A stretch of 64,000 bases of DNA from Candidatus Polarisedimenticolia bacterium (GCA_035649355.1 DASRJS010000009.1:4906-68905); one strand, 5' to 3'; positions 19,559 to 27,713 are shown, counted from the stretch's first letter. Notes: a model not told the origin generated them from the sequence alone. Program-made: numbers and translations.

Positions 19559-20652
19559 CACGCCCAGCCTCGCTCGAGCGCCTTGTTCCGGGCGCGGTTG
19601 TTCTTGGCGATGGACTTCCAGCGGCGCTCCGCAACGATCCGGGTCGCCGCGCTCGTCCGCCGTTCGGCCGAGCGGGCCTCGCGCTCGAGACGTTCGAAGC
19701 TCGCAAACCGGGCGCCTTCGAGCTCGCCCGACGCGATGGCCGCGCGGATCGCGCAGCCGGGCTCGGCCCGATGGGCGCAGTCGCGGAACCGGCAGCCCTC
19801 GGCGAGCTTGCCGATATCCGAGAAGGCGATGTCCAGGCCGTCGCCGTCGGCCAGGCCGAGCTCGCGCAGGCCCGGTGTGTCGAGCACGACGCCGTCGGCG
19901 ATGAGCAGGAGCTGGCGCCGCGACGTCGTGTGCCGCCCGCGCGCGTCGTCCTCGCGGATGGACGCGGTGGCCATGAGCTCGCCACCGGCAAGCGCGTTGA
20001 CGAGCGTCGACTTGCCCACGCCGGACGAACCGACGAAGGCCGCCGTTCGACCCGGCCCGAGTCGCTCCCGCACGGCCTCGAGGCCAGCACCCGTGACCGC
20101 CGAAACGGGCATGACCGGAACACCCGGCGCGACGGAGCGAGCCGCGTCGATGAAGCCGCTGATGTCGACTGCGAGATCCGCCTTCGAGAGCAGGATCACG
20201 GGCTCGGCCCGCGACTCCCAGGCGACGACGACGTAGCGCTCGAGCCGGCGCACGTTGAACTCGCGGTTCATCGACGCGACGATGAAGAGCACGTCGACAT
20301 TGGCCGCAAGAAGCTGCGCGTTTGCGCCGCGATTCCCCGGCGGGCGCCGAACGATCGATGTTCGACGAGGCAGCCGGTCGATGATCGGCAGGCCCTCGGC
20401 GGCGCCCTCGATGACGACCCAGTCGCCGACGCCGGGGTAGGCGAGGGGATCGTCGACGTGCTCGTGGCGGAACCGACCGGCGAGGCCGGTTGAGCGCTCG
20501 CCGGCCGGCGTCATCACGACATAGGCACCGGACTCCTCGACGATGACCCGGCCGGGCATGCCGCCGGCCGCCAGGTGTGGAGCCAGCGACGCCGCCAGCT
20601 CCGCGTTCCAGCCCCACGCCGCGAGGCCGCCGAGGTCGAGCTCGGCGGTCAT
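19558..20652 (-). CDS. rsgA: ribosome small-subunit-dependent GTPase A
   Basis: Circularly permuted GTPase motifs are LLSKADL, GSSGVGKSTLVNAL and LDTPG. The C-terminal Zn cluster is CRFRDCAHRAEPGCA. The start MTAELDLGG at 20652 overlaps the upstream stop (ATGA). Confidence 0.9.
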   Translation of the reverse strand: MTAELDLGGLAAWGWNAELAASLAPHLAAGGMPGRVIVEESGAYVVMTPAGERSTGLAGRFRHEHVDDPLAYPGVGDWVVIEGAAEGLPIIDRLPRRTSIVRRPPGNRGANAQLLAANVDVLFIVASMNREFNVRRLERYVVVAWESRAEPVILLSKADLAVDISGFIDAARSVAPGVPVMPVSAVTGAGLEAVRERLGPGRTAAFVGSSGVGKSTLVNALAGGELMATASIREDDARGRHTTSRRQLLLIADGVVLDTPGLRELGLADGDGLDIAFSDIGKLAEGCRFRDCAHRAEPGCAIRAAIASGELEGARFASFERLEREARSAERRTSAATRIVAERRWKSIAKNNRARNKALERGWA

Positions 20653-21650
20653 CGCGACACCGCTGGTTCGATCGTCAGCGCGTATTCGAAGCTTTCGGAC
20701 GTGATCCGGAAGCCCATCGACTCGTAGAGCGTCTGGGCCTGTCTCGGGTTCTGGGTGTCGACGCCAAGCCCGGCGCACGTCGCACCGGCATCGCGAACGG
20801 TTCGCAGGCTCAGCGCCAGGAGCGCACGAGCCAGGCCACGGCGGCGGTACTCCGGCTGGGTGGAAATGCTCTCGGTCCAGCCGATGATGCTGCCGTCGGA
20901 CTCGACAGGCCCGAGGTAGTTGAGGATCTGGCCGGCAACCCGGTCGCCATCGAAGGCGACTCGCCACAGCTCCGGCTGGAACTCCTCGCCGGCCACCCAC
21001 TCGTCATACATCGCCTCGGTCGGCGCCTCCTCGCCATGCGTGTCGGCGAATGCGCGGTAGGCGGCGTCCCAAAGCCGTCGGTGCATGGCGTGGTCGTCCG
21101 GATCGATCGGTCGCACCTCAAACGGACTGGGCAGCGGAACGTCCGGGATGTCGTCGAAGTTCGGCCGGATGAGCCCGGCGTGACGGCGCTGGAGACGGAA
21201 GCCACGGGCGGCGAGGACCTCGCGCTGCCTGTGGTCACGGCCCTCCGCGTAGACGATGAGGTCCGTGGCCTCACCCGACGCGTGCTGGGCGACGAGATCG
21301 TGCGCGCGCTTGACGGCGTGCTCGACCATGCGCTCCTCGACGCCGATGCCCCGGGCCTCCGGGTGGATGTTCAGGACGCCCTCGACCTTGGCACTGCCGT
21401 TGACGAGGGGCCGCCACGACGCGCGGCCATACGCGACCGGACGCCCGTCGATCTCGACGAGTGCGCAGTCGAGGGGCAGTGCCTCCTGGTCCATGTGGCG
21501 GTAGTGGTTGGCGAGGCCTTCCACCGTTCCGAGATCGCGGTCACCGTTGTCGGCGCGAACGGCGGCCGCGATCTCGGCCATGGCCGGATGGTCCGGCTCG
21601 CCGCGATAGGCGCGCAGGACCAGCTTCGGGGCGACGACGACGCGGGCCAT
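20649..21650 (-). CDS. two-domain GNAT N-acetyltransferase (paralogue of 18548..19558)
   Basis: The start is MARVVVAPKLVLRAY. GNAT cores are HPEARGIGVEERMV and QPEYRRRGLARALL. It shares LW(R)VA..GD.VAG and NP..A..LYE..GF with the other double-GNAT. It has a 1-nt overlap with the permease stop. Confidence 0.8.
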   Translation of the reverse strand: MARVVVAPKLVLRAYRGEPDHPAMAEIAAAVRADNGDRDLGTVEGLANHYRHMDQEALPLDCALVEIDGRPVAYGRASWRPLVNGSAKVEGVLNIHPEARGIGVEERMVEHAVKRAHDLVAQHASGEATDLIVYAEGRDHRQREVLAARGFRLQRRHAGLIRPNFDDIPDVPLPSPFEVRPIDPDDHAMHRRLWDAAYRAFADTHGEEAPTEAMYDEWVAGEEFQPELWRVAFDGDRVAGQILNYLGPVESDGSIIGWTESISTQPEYRRRGLARALLALSLRTVRDAGATCAGLGVDTQNPRQAQTLYESMGFRITSESFEYALTIEPAVSR

Positions 21651-22453
21651 CAGCCGACCCTCTTGAGCCGGCCGGTCCGCTTCGCGAACCGCTCGGCCTT
21701 TTCGAACGCCCACAGCCCGAACGGGATGAGGACTGTGCCCATCACGAGGAGCGGCCAGATGTCGCCAACGAGGGCCGACACCGGGACGCCGTCGATCAGG
21801 CCGGCTCGGACGCCGTCGAGGACGTACGTCGCGGGCGACAGGTGCGAGATGACCTGCATCCAGCCGGGCAGGATCGAGATCGGGTAGTAGACGCCCGACA
21901 CGAGCAGCAGCACCGACTGGAGCACGAACGCCATCTGGGCGCCGCGCTCGATGTACAGCAGCGGCAGGATCGCCGCGAGCATCGCGATGCCGACGAAGCT
22001 GAACGAGCCGAGGGCCATGAACGTCACGACCGTGAGCGCGTTCGCGTTCGCCGCCGCGAGGCCGGGGAAGAACAGCACCATCGCGACGAGGATCGCGGCG
22101 GTGTGGATCAGCCCGTAGGCCATCGCGTAGAGCGTCGAACCGAGGAGCTGCGTCGCTCGCCTGACCGGCGCCATCATCGTGTACTCGAGCGTGCCTTCCC
22201 AGCGCTCCACCGCGATCGTCTCGGCGATCCAGCTGAAGACCACCGAGAGGTAGTTCCAGAAGACCGCGCCAACGATGAGCGTGAGGAGCAGCCGGTCGTC
22301 GCCCTGGCTTGCGCCGATCAGCGAGATCGACAGCGCGCCCGCGGCGGAATAGACCAGGAAGGCGATCTCCCAGGCCCAGTAGCGCCGCGTCAGGAAGAAG
22401 TTGCGCTCGATGAAGGCGTACGAGGCCTTCAATTCGTGCGCGAGGGTGGTCAT
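21650..22453 (-). CDS. ABC-2 type transporter permease
   Basis: MTTLAHELKASYAFIERNFFLTRRYWAWE... has six predicted TM segments, as in ABC-2/DrrB-like exporters. The start is the ATG at 22453. Confidence 0.85.
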   Translation of the reverse strand: MTTLAHELKASYAFIERNFFLTRRYWAWEIAFLVYSAAGALSISLIGASQGDDRLLLTLIVGAVFWNYLSVVFSWIAETIAVERWEGTLEYTMMAPVRRATQLLGSTLYAMAYGLIHTAAILVAMVLFFPGLAAANANALTVVTFMALGSFSFVGIAMLAAILPLLYIERGAQMAFVLQSVLLLVSGVYYPISILPGWMQVISHLSPATYVLDGVRAGLIDGVPVSALVGDIWPLLVMGTVLIPFGLWAFEKAERFAKRTGRLKRVG

Positions 22454-22490
22454 CGGAGTGTCCCCTTCGGGTTGGCGCCCGCCCGGGCGC

Positions 22491-22694
22491 TCAACGTGCC
22501 CGGGCGGGTTCGAAGCCGCGCTCCGCCGCCAGCCGCTCGCCGATCGCGATGATCGAGCGACCGAGCTGACGCCGAAGCGATGGTCGGTGATGCTGCCGCG
22601 CCCACTGGGCACGGCGGTCGTCGGCGGCTTGGCGATGCAGTTGAGCGATGCGCTCATTCGCAAGGCGGAGCCGCAGATGCGGGTTCGCGTTCAT
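22491..22694 (-). CDS. small Arg/Gln-rich hypothetical protein
   Basis: MNANPHLRLRLANERIAQLHRQAADDRRAQWARQ... (67 aa) sits between the ABC ATPase and the permease. I recognise no domain. Coding status is uncertain. Confidence 0.35.
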   Translation of the reverse strand: MNANPHLRLRLANERIAQLHRQAADDRRAQWARQHHRPSLRRQLGRSIIAIGERLAAERGFEPARAR

Positions 22695-22710
22695 CTGAGG
22701 TTCCTTTCTG

Positions 22711-23631
22711 TCAGTCATTGGTTGGTTCGTCGTCCGCGTCGTCGACGTCCTCGGCCGGCTCCTCGTCGTCATCGAGCGAGCGGCCGGTGTACGTCATGAA
22801 CGCGGCCTGAAGGGTCGGTGCCTGGCCGTCGCGCTCCGAAACGAGGCGCTTCAGCCCGGCGGGCGTGTCCTCGACGACGACTCGGCCGCCGTCGATGATC
22901 GAAATCCGGTCACACAGTCGCTCGGCCTCATCGAGGTCGTGCGTCGTCAGGACGATCGATGCGTCGTGGCTCTCCCGGACCTCCTCGAGGAAGGTCTGGA
23001 CGTCGAGCTTCGAGCGGGGATCGAGCCCCGTCGTCGGCTCATCCAGGAGGAGCAGCGCCGGGCTCGTCAGCAGGGCTCGCGCGATCGCGACCTTCTGCTG
23101 CATCCCTCGGCTCATCTGCTCGACCGGGCGGCCGACACGCTTCCTCGAGATGCCCAGGCGACCGAGGATGTCGATCACGTTCGACTTCGCCAGCTTCGCG
23201 TCCAGGCCGTAGAGCCGGGCCGCGAAGATCAGGTTCTCCATCGGGCTGAGCTTCTTGAAGAACGCCGCATCGACACTGACGCGGTTGATGAGTCGCTTGA
23301 CGGCCATCTCCTCGCGCCCGACGTCATGCCCGAAGACCTCGACTCGACCGGTGTCGAGCGTGAGGAGGCCGGACACGAGCCGGATGAGCGTCGACTTGCC
23401 GGAGCCGTTCGCGCCCAGGATGCCGACGACGCCGCCCCGCTCGAGCGTGAGCGAAACGTTGTCGATGGCGAGGACGCGGCGACCCTTGCCCACGTCGAAG
23501 TGCTTGGTGACACCCTCGACGAGGAGCGCCGGCGCATCGAGGTCGATCGCGATGGACCGAAACGGAACCGCAGCGGTCCCGAGCCGATCCGGCGTGAACG
23601 TCGTATTCGGTTGGCGGGTCAAGGTCGTCAT
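22711..23631 (-). CDS. ABC transporter ATP-binding protein (ABC-2/DrrA-like) with acidic C-terminal tail
   Basis: Walker A is GANGSGKST, the signature is MSRGMQQKV and Walker B is LLLLDEPTTGLD. AAAGGAGG lies upstream of the ATG at 23631. The C-terminus is DDDEEPAEDVDDADDEPTND. Confidence 0.9.
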   Translation of the reverse strand: MTTLTRQPNTTFTPDRLGTAAVPFRSIAIDLDAPALLVEGVTKHFDVGKGRRVLAIDNVSLTLERGGVVGILGANGSGKSTLIRLVSGLLTLDTGRVEVFGHDVGREEMAVKRLINRVSVDAAFFKKLSPMENLIFAARLYGLDAKLAKSNVIDILGRLGISRKRVGRPVEQMSRGMQQKVAIARALLTSPALLLLDEPTTGLDPRSKLDVQTFLEEVRESHDASIVLTTHDLDEAERLCDRISIIDGGRVVVEDTPAGLKRLVSERDGQAPTLQAAFMTYTGRSLDDDEEPAEDVDDADDEPTND

Positions 23632-23805
23632 GTCGGTCGACCTCCTTTCTTCGCTGCGGCGGCCCCGGTGGGGTCGCGGGTTGTTGGGTCGTTCGGTGGC
23701 TGGAATCACGAGAGCCGCGGGTCCCGGCTCCTTCGCTTTCGCGTCGGGTGGGCCTCGCGGCTCCTGGATCGTCCTCGGCTGCCGAGCTGGCAGTCCGAGG
23801 CAATC

Positions 23806-23836
23806 AAAAAACCGTGGGCCCGATCCTTGCCCACGG
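23806..23836 (-). terminator. rho-independent terminator
   Basis: The minus strand reads CCGTGGGC-aaggatcgg-GCCCACGG followed by TTTTTT, giving an 8-bp GC-rich stem, a 9-nt loop and a 6-U tail. Confidence 0.7.
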
Positions 23837-24010
23837 CTCCTGGTTCCTTCGGAAGGGCGGCCCTGCCGCCCGGTCCTCACCTAAGAGGTAGGCAAAAATC
23901 TCCCGCCGTCGGCGGCGCCGAAAGGCGCGACCGTGCGATTGGAGAGGAAGTTCGAACTCATCTGGTTGAGCCGCCTCCGTTAGGTGGGATGACTGGACGC
24001 GAACGTCCGG
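23806..24010 (-). ncRNA. unclassified structured RNA, about 205 nt (leader/attenuator of the ABC operon or stand-alone sRNA)
   Basis: It is bounded by a sigma70-like promoter and an intrinsic terminator. It has several GC-rich hairpins and a long-range helix, CACCTAA(cg)GAGG / CCTCTTAGGTG. The 5' end is estimated from the -10 box. Confidence 0.5.
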
Positions 24011-24016
24011 CGGCGG

Positions 24017-24046
24017 ATGGTACGGGGCCGCGGAGCGCCGCGTCAA
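24017..24046 (-). promoter_or_regulatory. candidate sigma70/SigA-type promoter
   Basis: On the minus strand, TTGACG (24046-24041), an 18-nt spacer and TACCAT (24022-24017). It lies 25 nt downstream of the GNAT stop. Confidence 0.45.
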
Positions 24047-24070
24047 GCCAGATGTCCACAACCTTTGGGA

Positions 24071-24667
24071 CTAGAGCTCGAGGCGGACGATCGGGCGGGC
24101 GTGCTTGCTCTGCGGTGCCTGCCGGATGGCGACCACCTCGAAGCCGGCCTTCTCGAACATCGAGAGCGTGCCGTGATAGGCGTTCGCGGCGGGGATCTTG
24201 TGTCCGGCGGTGTCTGCTGGGTAGGCCTCGAGCATCGTCGCACCGCTCGCCCGGGCGAAGTCGACGGCGGCGGCGAGGAGCGCGGCCGCCACCCCGGCAC
24301 CGCGATGCTTCCGCGAGACGACGAAGCAGACGATCGACCAGACCGGATGGTCGTCGACCTTCGCGAGGACCTTGGCGGTCGTGAGTCGGTCGTAGCGCTC
24401 GCGCTCAGCGAGGCTGACCCAGCCGACCGCCCGTTCACCCAGGTAGGCGACCAGGCCTGGAGGTGGACCGTCGCGGGTCAGCGCTTCGAGGCGGCCGCGG
24501 TTGACTGCCGCCCTGGACGTCCAATCGAGCCCGCGGACGCGATAGAACTGGCACCAGCACCACTTCGGGTCGCCGCCCTCTTCGAAGAGCGCCGCGAGGT
24601 CGGCGAAGCGATCCGGCGTCAGCGGGTGGACGACAACCGGCGCGGTCTCGGCGGGCGCCTTCGTCAT
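24071..24667 (-). CDS. GNAT family N-acetyltransferase (CWCQ-motif subfamily)
   Basis: The start is MTKAPAETAPVVVHPLTPDRF. It contains GGDPKWCWCQFYR and the GNAT core SRKHRGAGVAAALL. The true start is the ATG at 24667, inside the 438-aa track ORF. It is a paralogue of 40974..41588. Confidence 0.85.
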   Translation of the reverse strand: MTKAPAETAPVVVHPLTPDRFADLAALFEEGGDPKWCWCQFYRVRGLDWTSRAAVNRGRLEALTRDGPPPGLVAYLGERAVGWVSLAERERYDRLTTAKVLAKVDDHPVWSIVCFVVSRKHRGAGVAAALLAAAVDFARASGATMLEAYPADTAGHKIPAANAYHGTLSMFEKAGFEVVAIRQAPQSKHARPIVRLEL

Positions 24668-24768
24668 CGCTCGATGATGCCGGATGGTCGTGTCGTCTAC
24701 TGGCATGAATACAAAGCTGCCCGGTCCGGAGACCGGGCAGCAGTACGGGTCGCGTAACGGCAGAGCCG

Positions 24769-25191
24769 TCAGGCCATCGAGGGCTCTGACTTCCAGCCGG
24801 CCAGGAATGCCCAGGCGGCGACGACGAGGTGGAGGATGTTGTCGGCGGGGCTTTCGAGGTTGGCCAGGCCGAACGTGTTCGGGTCCGTCGACGAGCCCGC
24901 CGGCACGACGAAGCCGTAGATGCCGAAGAAGAGCGCGATGACGCCGACGAGCAGGACGATCCAGCGGTAGTACGGCGCGAGCGCGCTGTTCAGGCCGGGG
25001 ACGTAGAGCGCCGCGAGCGCGACGACTCCAAGTGCGATGTGGGCGACGTTCTCGCCGTTGTCCAGCCAGAACGCCGGATAGGCGGATTCGCTGAAGATGC
25101 CGAGGTAGCCGACGACTCCCAGCAGCACGAGGACGATGCCCCCGGCCATCAGGAAGCCCTTCGGCGAGAAGATGCCTTGACCCATGGTCAT
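24769..25191 (-). CDS. DUF4383-like membrane protein
   Basis: Four hydrophobic segments are present, with NGENVAHIALG and DNILHLVVA resembling the repeated N..H motif of DUF4383. GGGAG precedes the ATG. Confidence 0.7.
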   Translation of the reverse strand: MTMGQGIFSPKGFLMAGGIVLVLLGVVGYLGIFSESAYPAFWLDNGENVAHIALGVVALAALYVPGLNSALAPYYRWIVLLVGVIALFFGIYGFVVPAGSSTDPNTFGLANLESPADNILHLVVAAWAFLAGWKSEPSMA

Positions 25192-25443
25192 CCGGATTCA
25201 CTCCCTCAGATTCGGATGCGTGGAGGCCCGGACGGCGGCAGTCGATGAGCGCGCGCCGAAACGGGCCCGACGGCGCCGCGTCCTGCGGCACCGGTGCCGT
25301 TAGGCGATGCGTTCTCCTCCCTGCGTCCCCACGCCGGCCCATTGGGCGAGCCGCGTCCAATGGCGCGATTGTGGCGCCGCCTGTCAAGCGCGAGATGGGC
25401 GCGCTAGAGTCCTACCGTCGTTACGTGGGGGTCGGAGGAGCAG

Positions 25444-25911
25444 ATGAATCTCGTCCCGTGGTTGCTCTTTGCGCACATCCTGGGCGCCATCCTGGCGTTC
25501 GGACCGACGTTCGCGTTCCCGATCATCGGCGCTGCCGCCGGACGTGAGCCGCAGCATGCGAACTTCACGCTCCGGGCGCTCGAGGTCGTCACCACCCGCC
25601 TCGTGATTCCTCTCGCGATCTTGCAGGGCGTGACGGGCGTCGGGTTGATCCTTGCCACCGGCATCGACCTGTTCGCGGCGCGCTGGCTGCTCGTCGCGAT
25701 CGTTCTCTATGCCGCGGCGCTCTACATCGGGATCGGGATCAACCTGCCGAACACGAAGCGGCTGATCGAGCTGTCATCGACGCCACCGGGTCCGGGTGGC
25801 CCGCCGCCCGAGCTCGTTTCGCGCCTCGCCCGGGGCCGTCAATTCGGCATGGTCCTGTCCGCTCTGATCGTCACGATCGTCTTGCTGATGGTCGTGAAGC
25901 CGACGTTCTAG
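25444..25911 (+). CDS. DUF2269-like membrane protein
   Basis: MNLVPWLLFAHILGAILAFGPTFAFPII... has four TM segments. GGAGGAG precedes the ATG. Confidence 0.7.
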   Translation: MNLVPWLLFAHILGAILAFGPTFAFPIIGAAAGREPQHANFTLRALEVVTTRLVIPLAILQGVTGVGLILATGIDLFAARWLLVAIVLYAAALYIGIGINLPNTKRLIELSSTPPGPGGPPPELVSRLARGRQFGMVLSALIVTIVLLMVVKPTF

Positions 25912-26042
25912 GCAGCCAGCCAGGCGACCACCGCGGTGCCGATCACGGGCTGACCGGCGACGGCCGCTGTGCTCCAGAGCGCGATCAGCAGCGAAGCCGC
26001 AAGGACGAGGAGCAAGGCTCTGCGTCGTGCTGGGTGTGTCAT
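25908..26042 (-). CDS. very small hypothetical membrane peptide
   Basis: MTHPARRRALLLVLAASLLIALWSTAAVAGQPVIGTAVVAWLAA (44 aa) is supported only by hydrophobicity and a stop overlapping the convergent gene. Confidence 0.25.
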   Translation of the reverse strand: MTHPARRRALLLVLAASLLIALWSTAAVAGQPVIGTAVVAWLAA

Positions 26043-26198
26043 TTCGGTGCCATCACATTCAGCTTCCCCCCGGCAGCAGCGGCAGCGTGCCATTGCGCGG
26101 CTGTAGGAGCGCTAACGGCGCGCTCGCGGCCATTGCAATCGGCTCACAGGACATGGTCGCCCAACCCGGTCGCGGCTGGGAACCCCGATAATCTCCCT

Positions 26199-27599
26199 AT
26201 GCCATTTGTCGCCGGGTCCGTCGCCGAGCTCCTCGATCGAATCTCGACCGCCGCCCACGTCGAGGCCGGCCGACTGGTCGTCGACGACGCCGCGCGTTTC
26301 CGAGGCGAGCCGATCCGGGATCTTGCCTGGACCGCGGCATTCTCGGAGGAAGCGGCCGCGGTCGAGGTCGCGCGCTGGATCGTCTGGGAGGCGAGCCAGG
26401 CGCTCGGCGCCCGGTCGGCGAGCATTCACGAGCTGTACGTGGCGCGGGCCCGCGGGGAGATCGAGCCGTTCACGGTCCCGGCGATCAACATCCGCGCCCA
26501 GACGTTCGACATGGCCCGGATCGTCTACGAATCGGCCGCGGCCGATGACGCCGGCGCTGTCATCCTCGAGCTCGCCCGGAGCGAGCAGACCTACACGTAC
26601 CAACGTCCGATCGACTACGCGACGGCGTGTCTCGCCGGCGCAATCGCGGCCGGCTGGCAGGGCCCGGTTTTCCTGCAGGGCGACCACTACCAGTTCAACG
26701 CCAAGAAGTACGCCGCCGATCCCGAGGCGATGACCGAGGAGATCCGGCGCGCCTGCAACCTCGCGGTCGATGCCGGCTATCGCAACATCGACATCGACGC
26801 CTCGACGCTCGTCGATCTCTCGAAGCCGAACGTCGACGAGGAGCAGCGCGAGAACTACGTTCGAACGGCCGAGCTCGTCGCCCACATTCGCGGCCTCGAG
26901 GCCGACGGCGTGACGATCAGCATCGGTGGCGAGATCGGCGAGGTCGGCAAGTCGAACTCGACCGAGGAGGAGCTGCGGGCCTACCTCGACGGGCTCAACC
27001 GCGAGCTGACGATCCGGGCTCCGGGCGCGATCGGAATCAGCAAGGTCAGCGTGCAGACGGGGACCTCGCATGGCGGCATGGTTCTGCCCGATGGCACCGT
27101 CGCAAGCGTGGCCGTGGACTTTGGCGTCCACGAGCGGCTCGGCGTGGTAGCCCGTGAGGAGTACGGCCTCGCGGGGACCGTCCAGCATGGCGCATCGACG
27201 CTGCCGGACGAGATGTTCCACCGGTTCCGCGACGTCGGGACCGCGGAGATCCATCTCGCGACCGGCTTCCAGAACACGCTCTACGATCACCCCGCCTTCC
27301 CGGCCGAGCTCCACGAACAGATCGAACGCTGGTGCTCGGAGAACGCGCTCGACGAGCGCAAGTCCGAGCAGACCGACCAGCAGTTCGTCTATACGACCCG
27401 CAAGAAGGCGCTCGGCCCGTTCAAGCGCGAGCTGTGGGACCTCGAGACGAAGGACGAGATCCTCGCCGAGCAAGCCCGCAAGATCCGGTTCCTGTACCGC
27501 GAGCTCGGTGTCGTCGGTTCGCGTGGAGCGGTCGAGCGGTGGGTGACACCCGTCCCGGTTTCTCGGCCGGCACCAGAGGCGCTCGCCAACCGGGTCTGA
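26199..27599 (+). CDS. class II (metal-dependent) fructose/ketose-bisphosphate aldolase family protein, long form
   Basis: FTVPAINIR, LQGDH, GGEIGEVG, TGTSHGG and VQHGAST match the PF01116-type pattern. I chose the ATG at 26199 (MPFVAGSVAELL) inside the 26034..27599 ORF. Confidence 0.8.
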   Translation: MPFVAGSVAELLDRISTAAHVEAGRLVVDDAARFRGEPIRDLAWTAAFSEEAAAVEVARWIVWEASQALGARSASIHELYVARARGEIEPFTVPAINIRAQTFDMARIVYESAAADDAGAVILELARSEQTYTYQRPIDYATACLAGAIAAGWQGPVFLQGDHYQFNAKKYAADPEAMTEEIRRACNLAVDAGYRNIDIDASTLVDLSKPNVDEEQRENYVRTAELVAHIRGLEADGVTISIGGEIGEVGKSNSTEEELRAYLDGLNRELTIRAPGAIGISKVSVQTGTSHGGMVLPDGTVASVAVDFGVHERLGVVAREEYGLAGTVQHGASTLPDEMFHRFRDVGTAEIHLATGFQNTLYDHPAFPAELHEQIERWCSENALDERKSEQTDQQFVYTTRKKALGPFKRELWDLETKDEILAEQARKIRFLYRELGVVGSRGAVERWVTPVPVSRPAPEALANRV

Positions 27600-27685
27600 G
27601 GACGAGACTTGGCCACGCTGTCCGTGACCCTCCTGATCGAGCTCGATCCCGTTCCGAATCTGGCGACTGGACCCCTGATTCCGTC

Positions 27686-27713
27686 TTGACCCGCCTCGGC
27701 GGCGGCGTATCCT
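27686..27713 (+). promoter_or_regulatory. candidate promoter for the APC permease
   Basis: TTGACC (27686-27691), a 16-nt spacer and TATCCT (27708-27713). This would give a structured 5' UTR of about 110 nt. Confidence 0.3.

Noticed and set aside
18548-20617. 689-aa ORF merging the GNAT with sequence antisense or out of frame to rsgA
   Set aside because: The N-terminal 350 aa are Arg-rich nonsense overlapping the genuine rsgA frame. The GNAT homology starts at MSTSGSTMTDITL (19558).
23806-24010. Possible identity as SRP RNA, tmRNA, RNase P RNA, 6S RNA or a known riboswitch
   Set aside because: I compared it by eye with the conserved cores I know. These were SRP GGUCCGGAAGGAAGCAGC, the tmRNA 5' GGGG…/3' T-arm-ACCA, RNase P GAGGAAAGUCCGGGC, the B12 box, the TPP CUGAGA, and the SAM, glycine, ykkC and ydaO cores. 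None is present. Only a loose CCGAAGGAACCAGGAGCC resemblance to the SRP motif appears. A covariance-model search is needed for a definitive answer.
23804-24061. 85-aa ORF covering the intergenic RNA region
   Set aside because: It starts upstream of the predicted promoter, runs through the terminator stem, lacks an RBS and is Arg/Pro-rich. The region is better explained as non-coding RNA.
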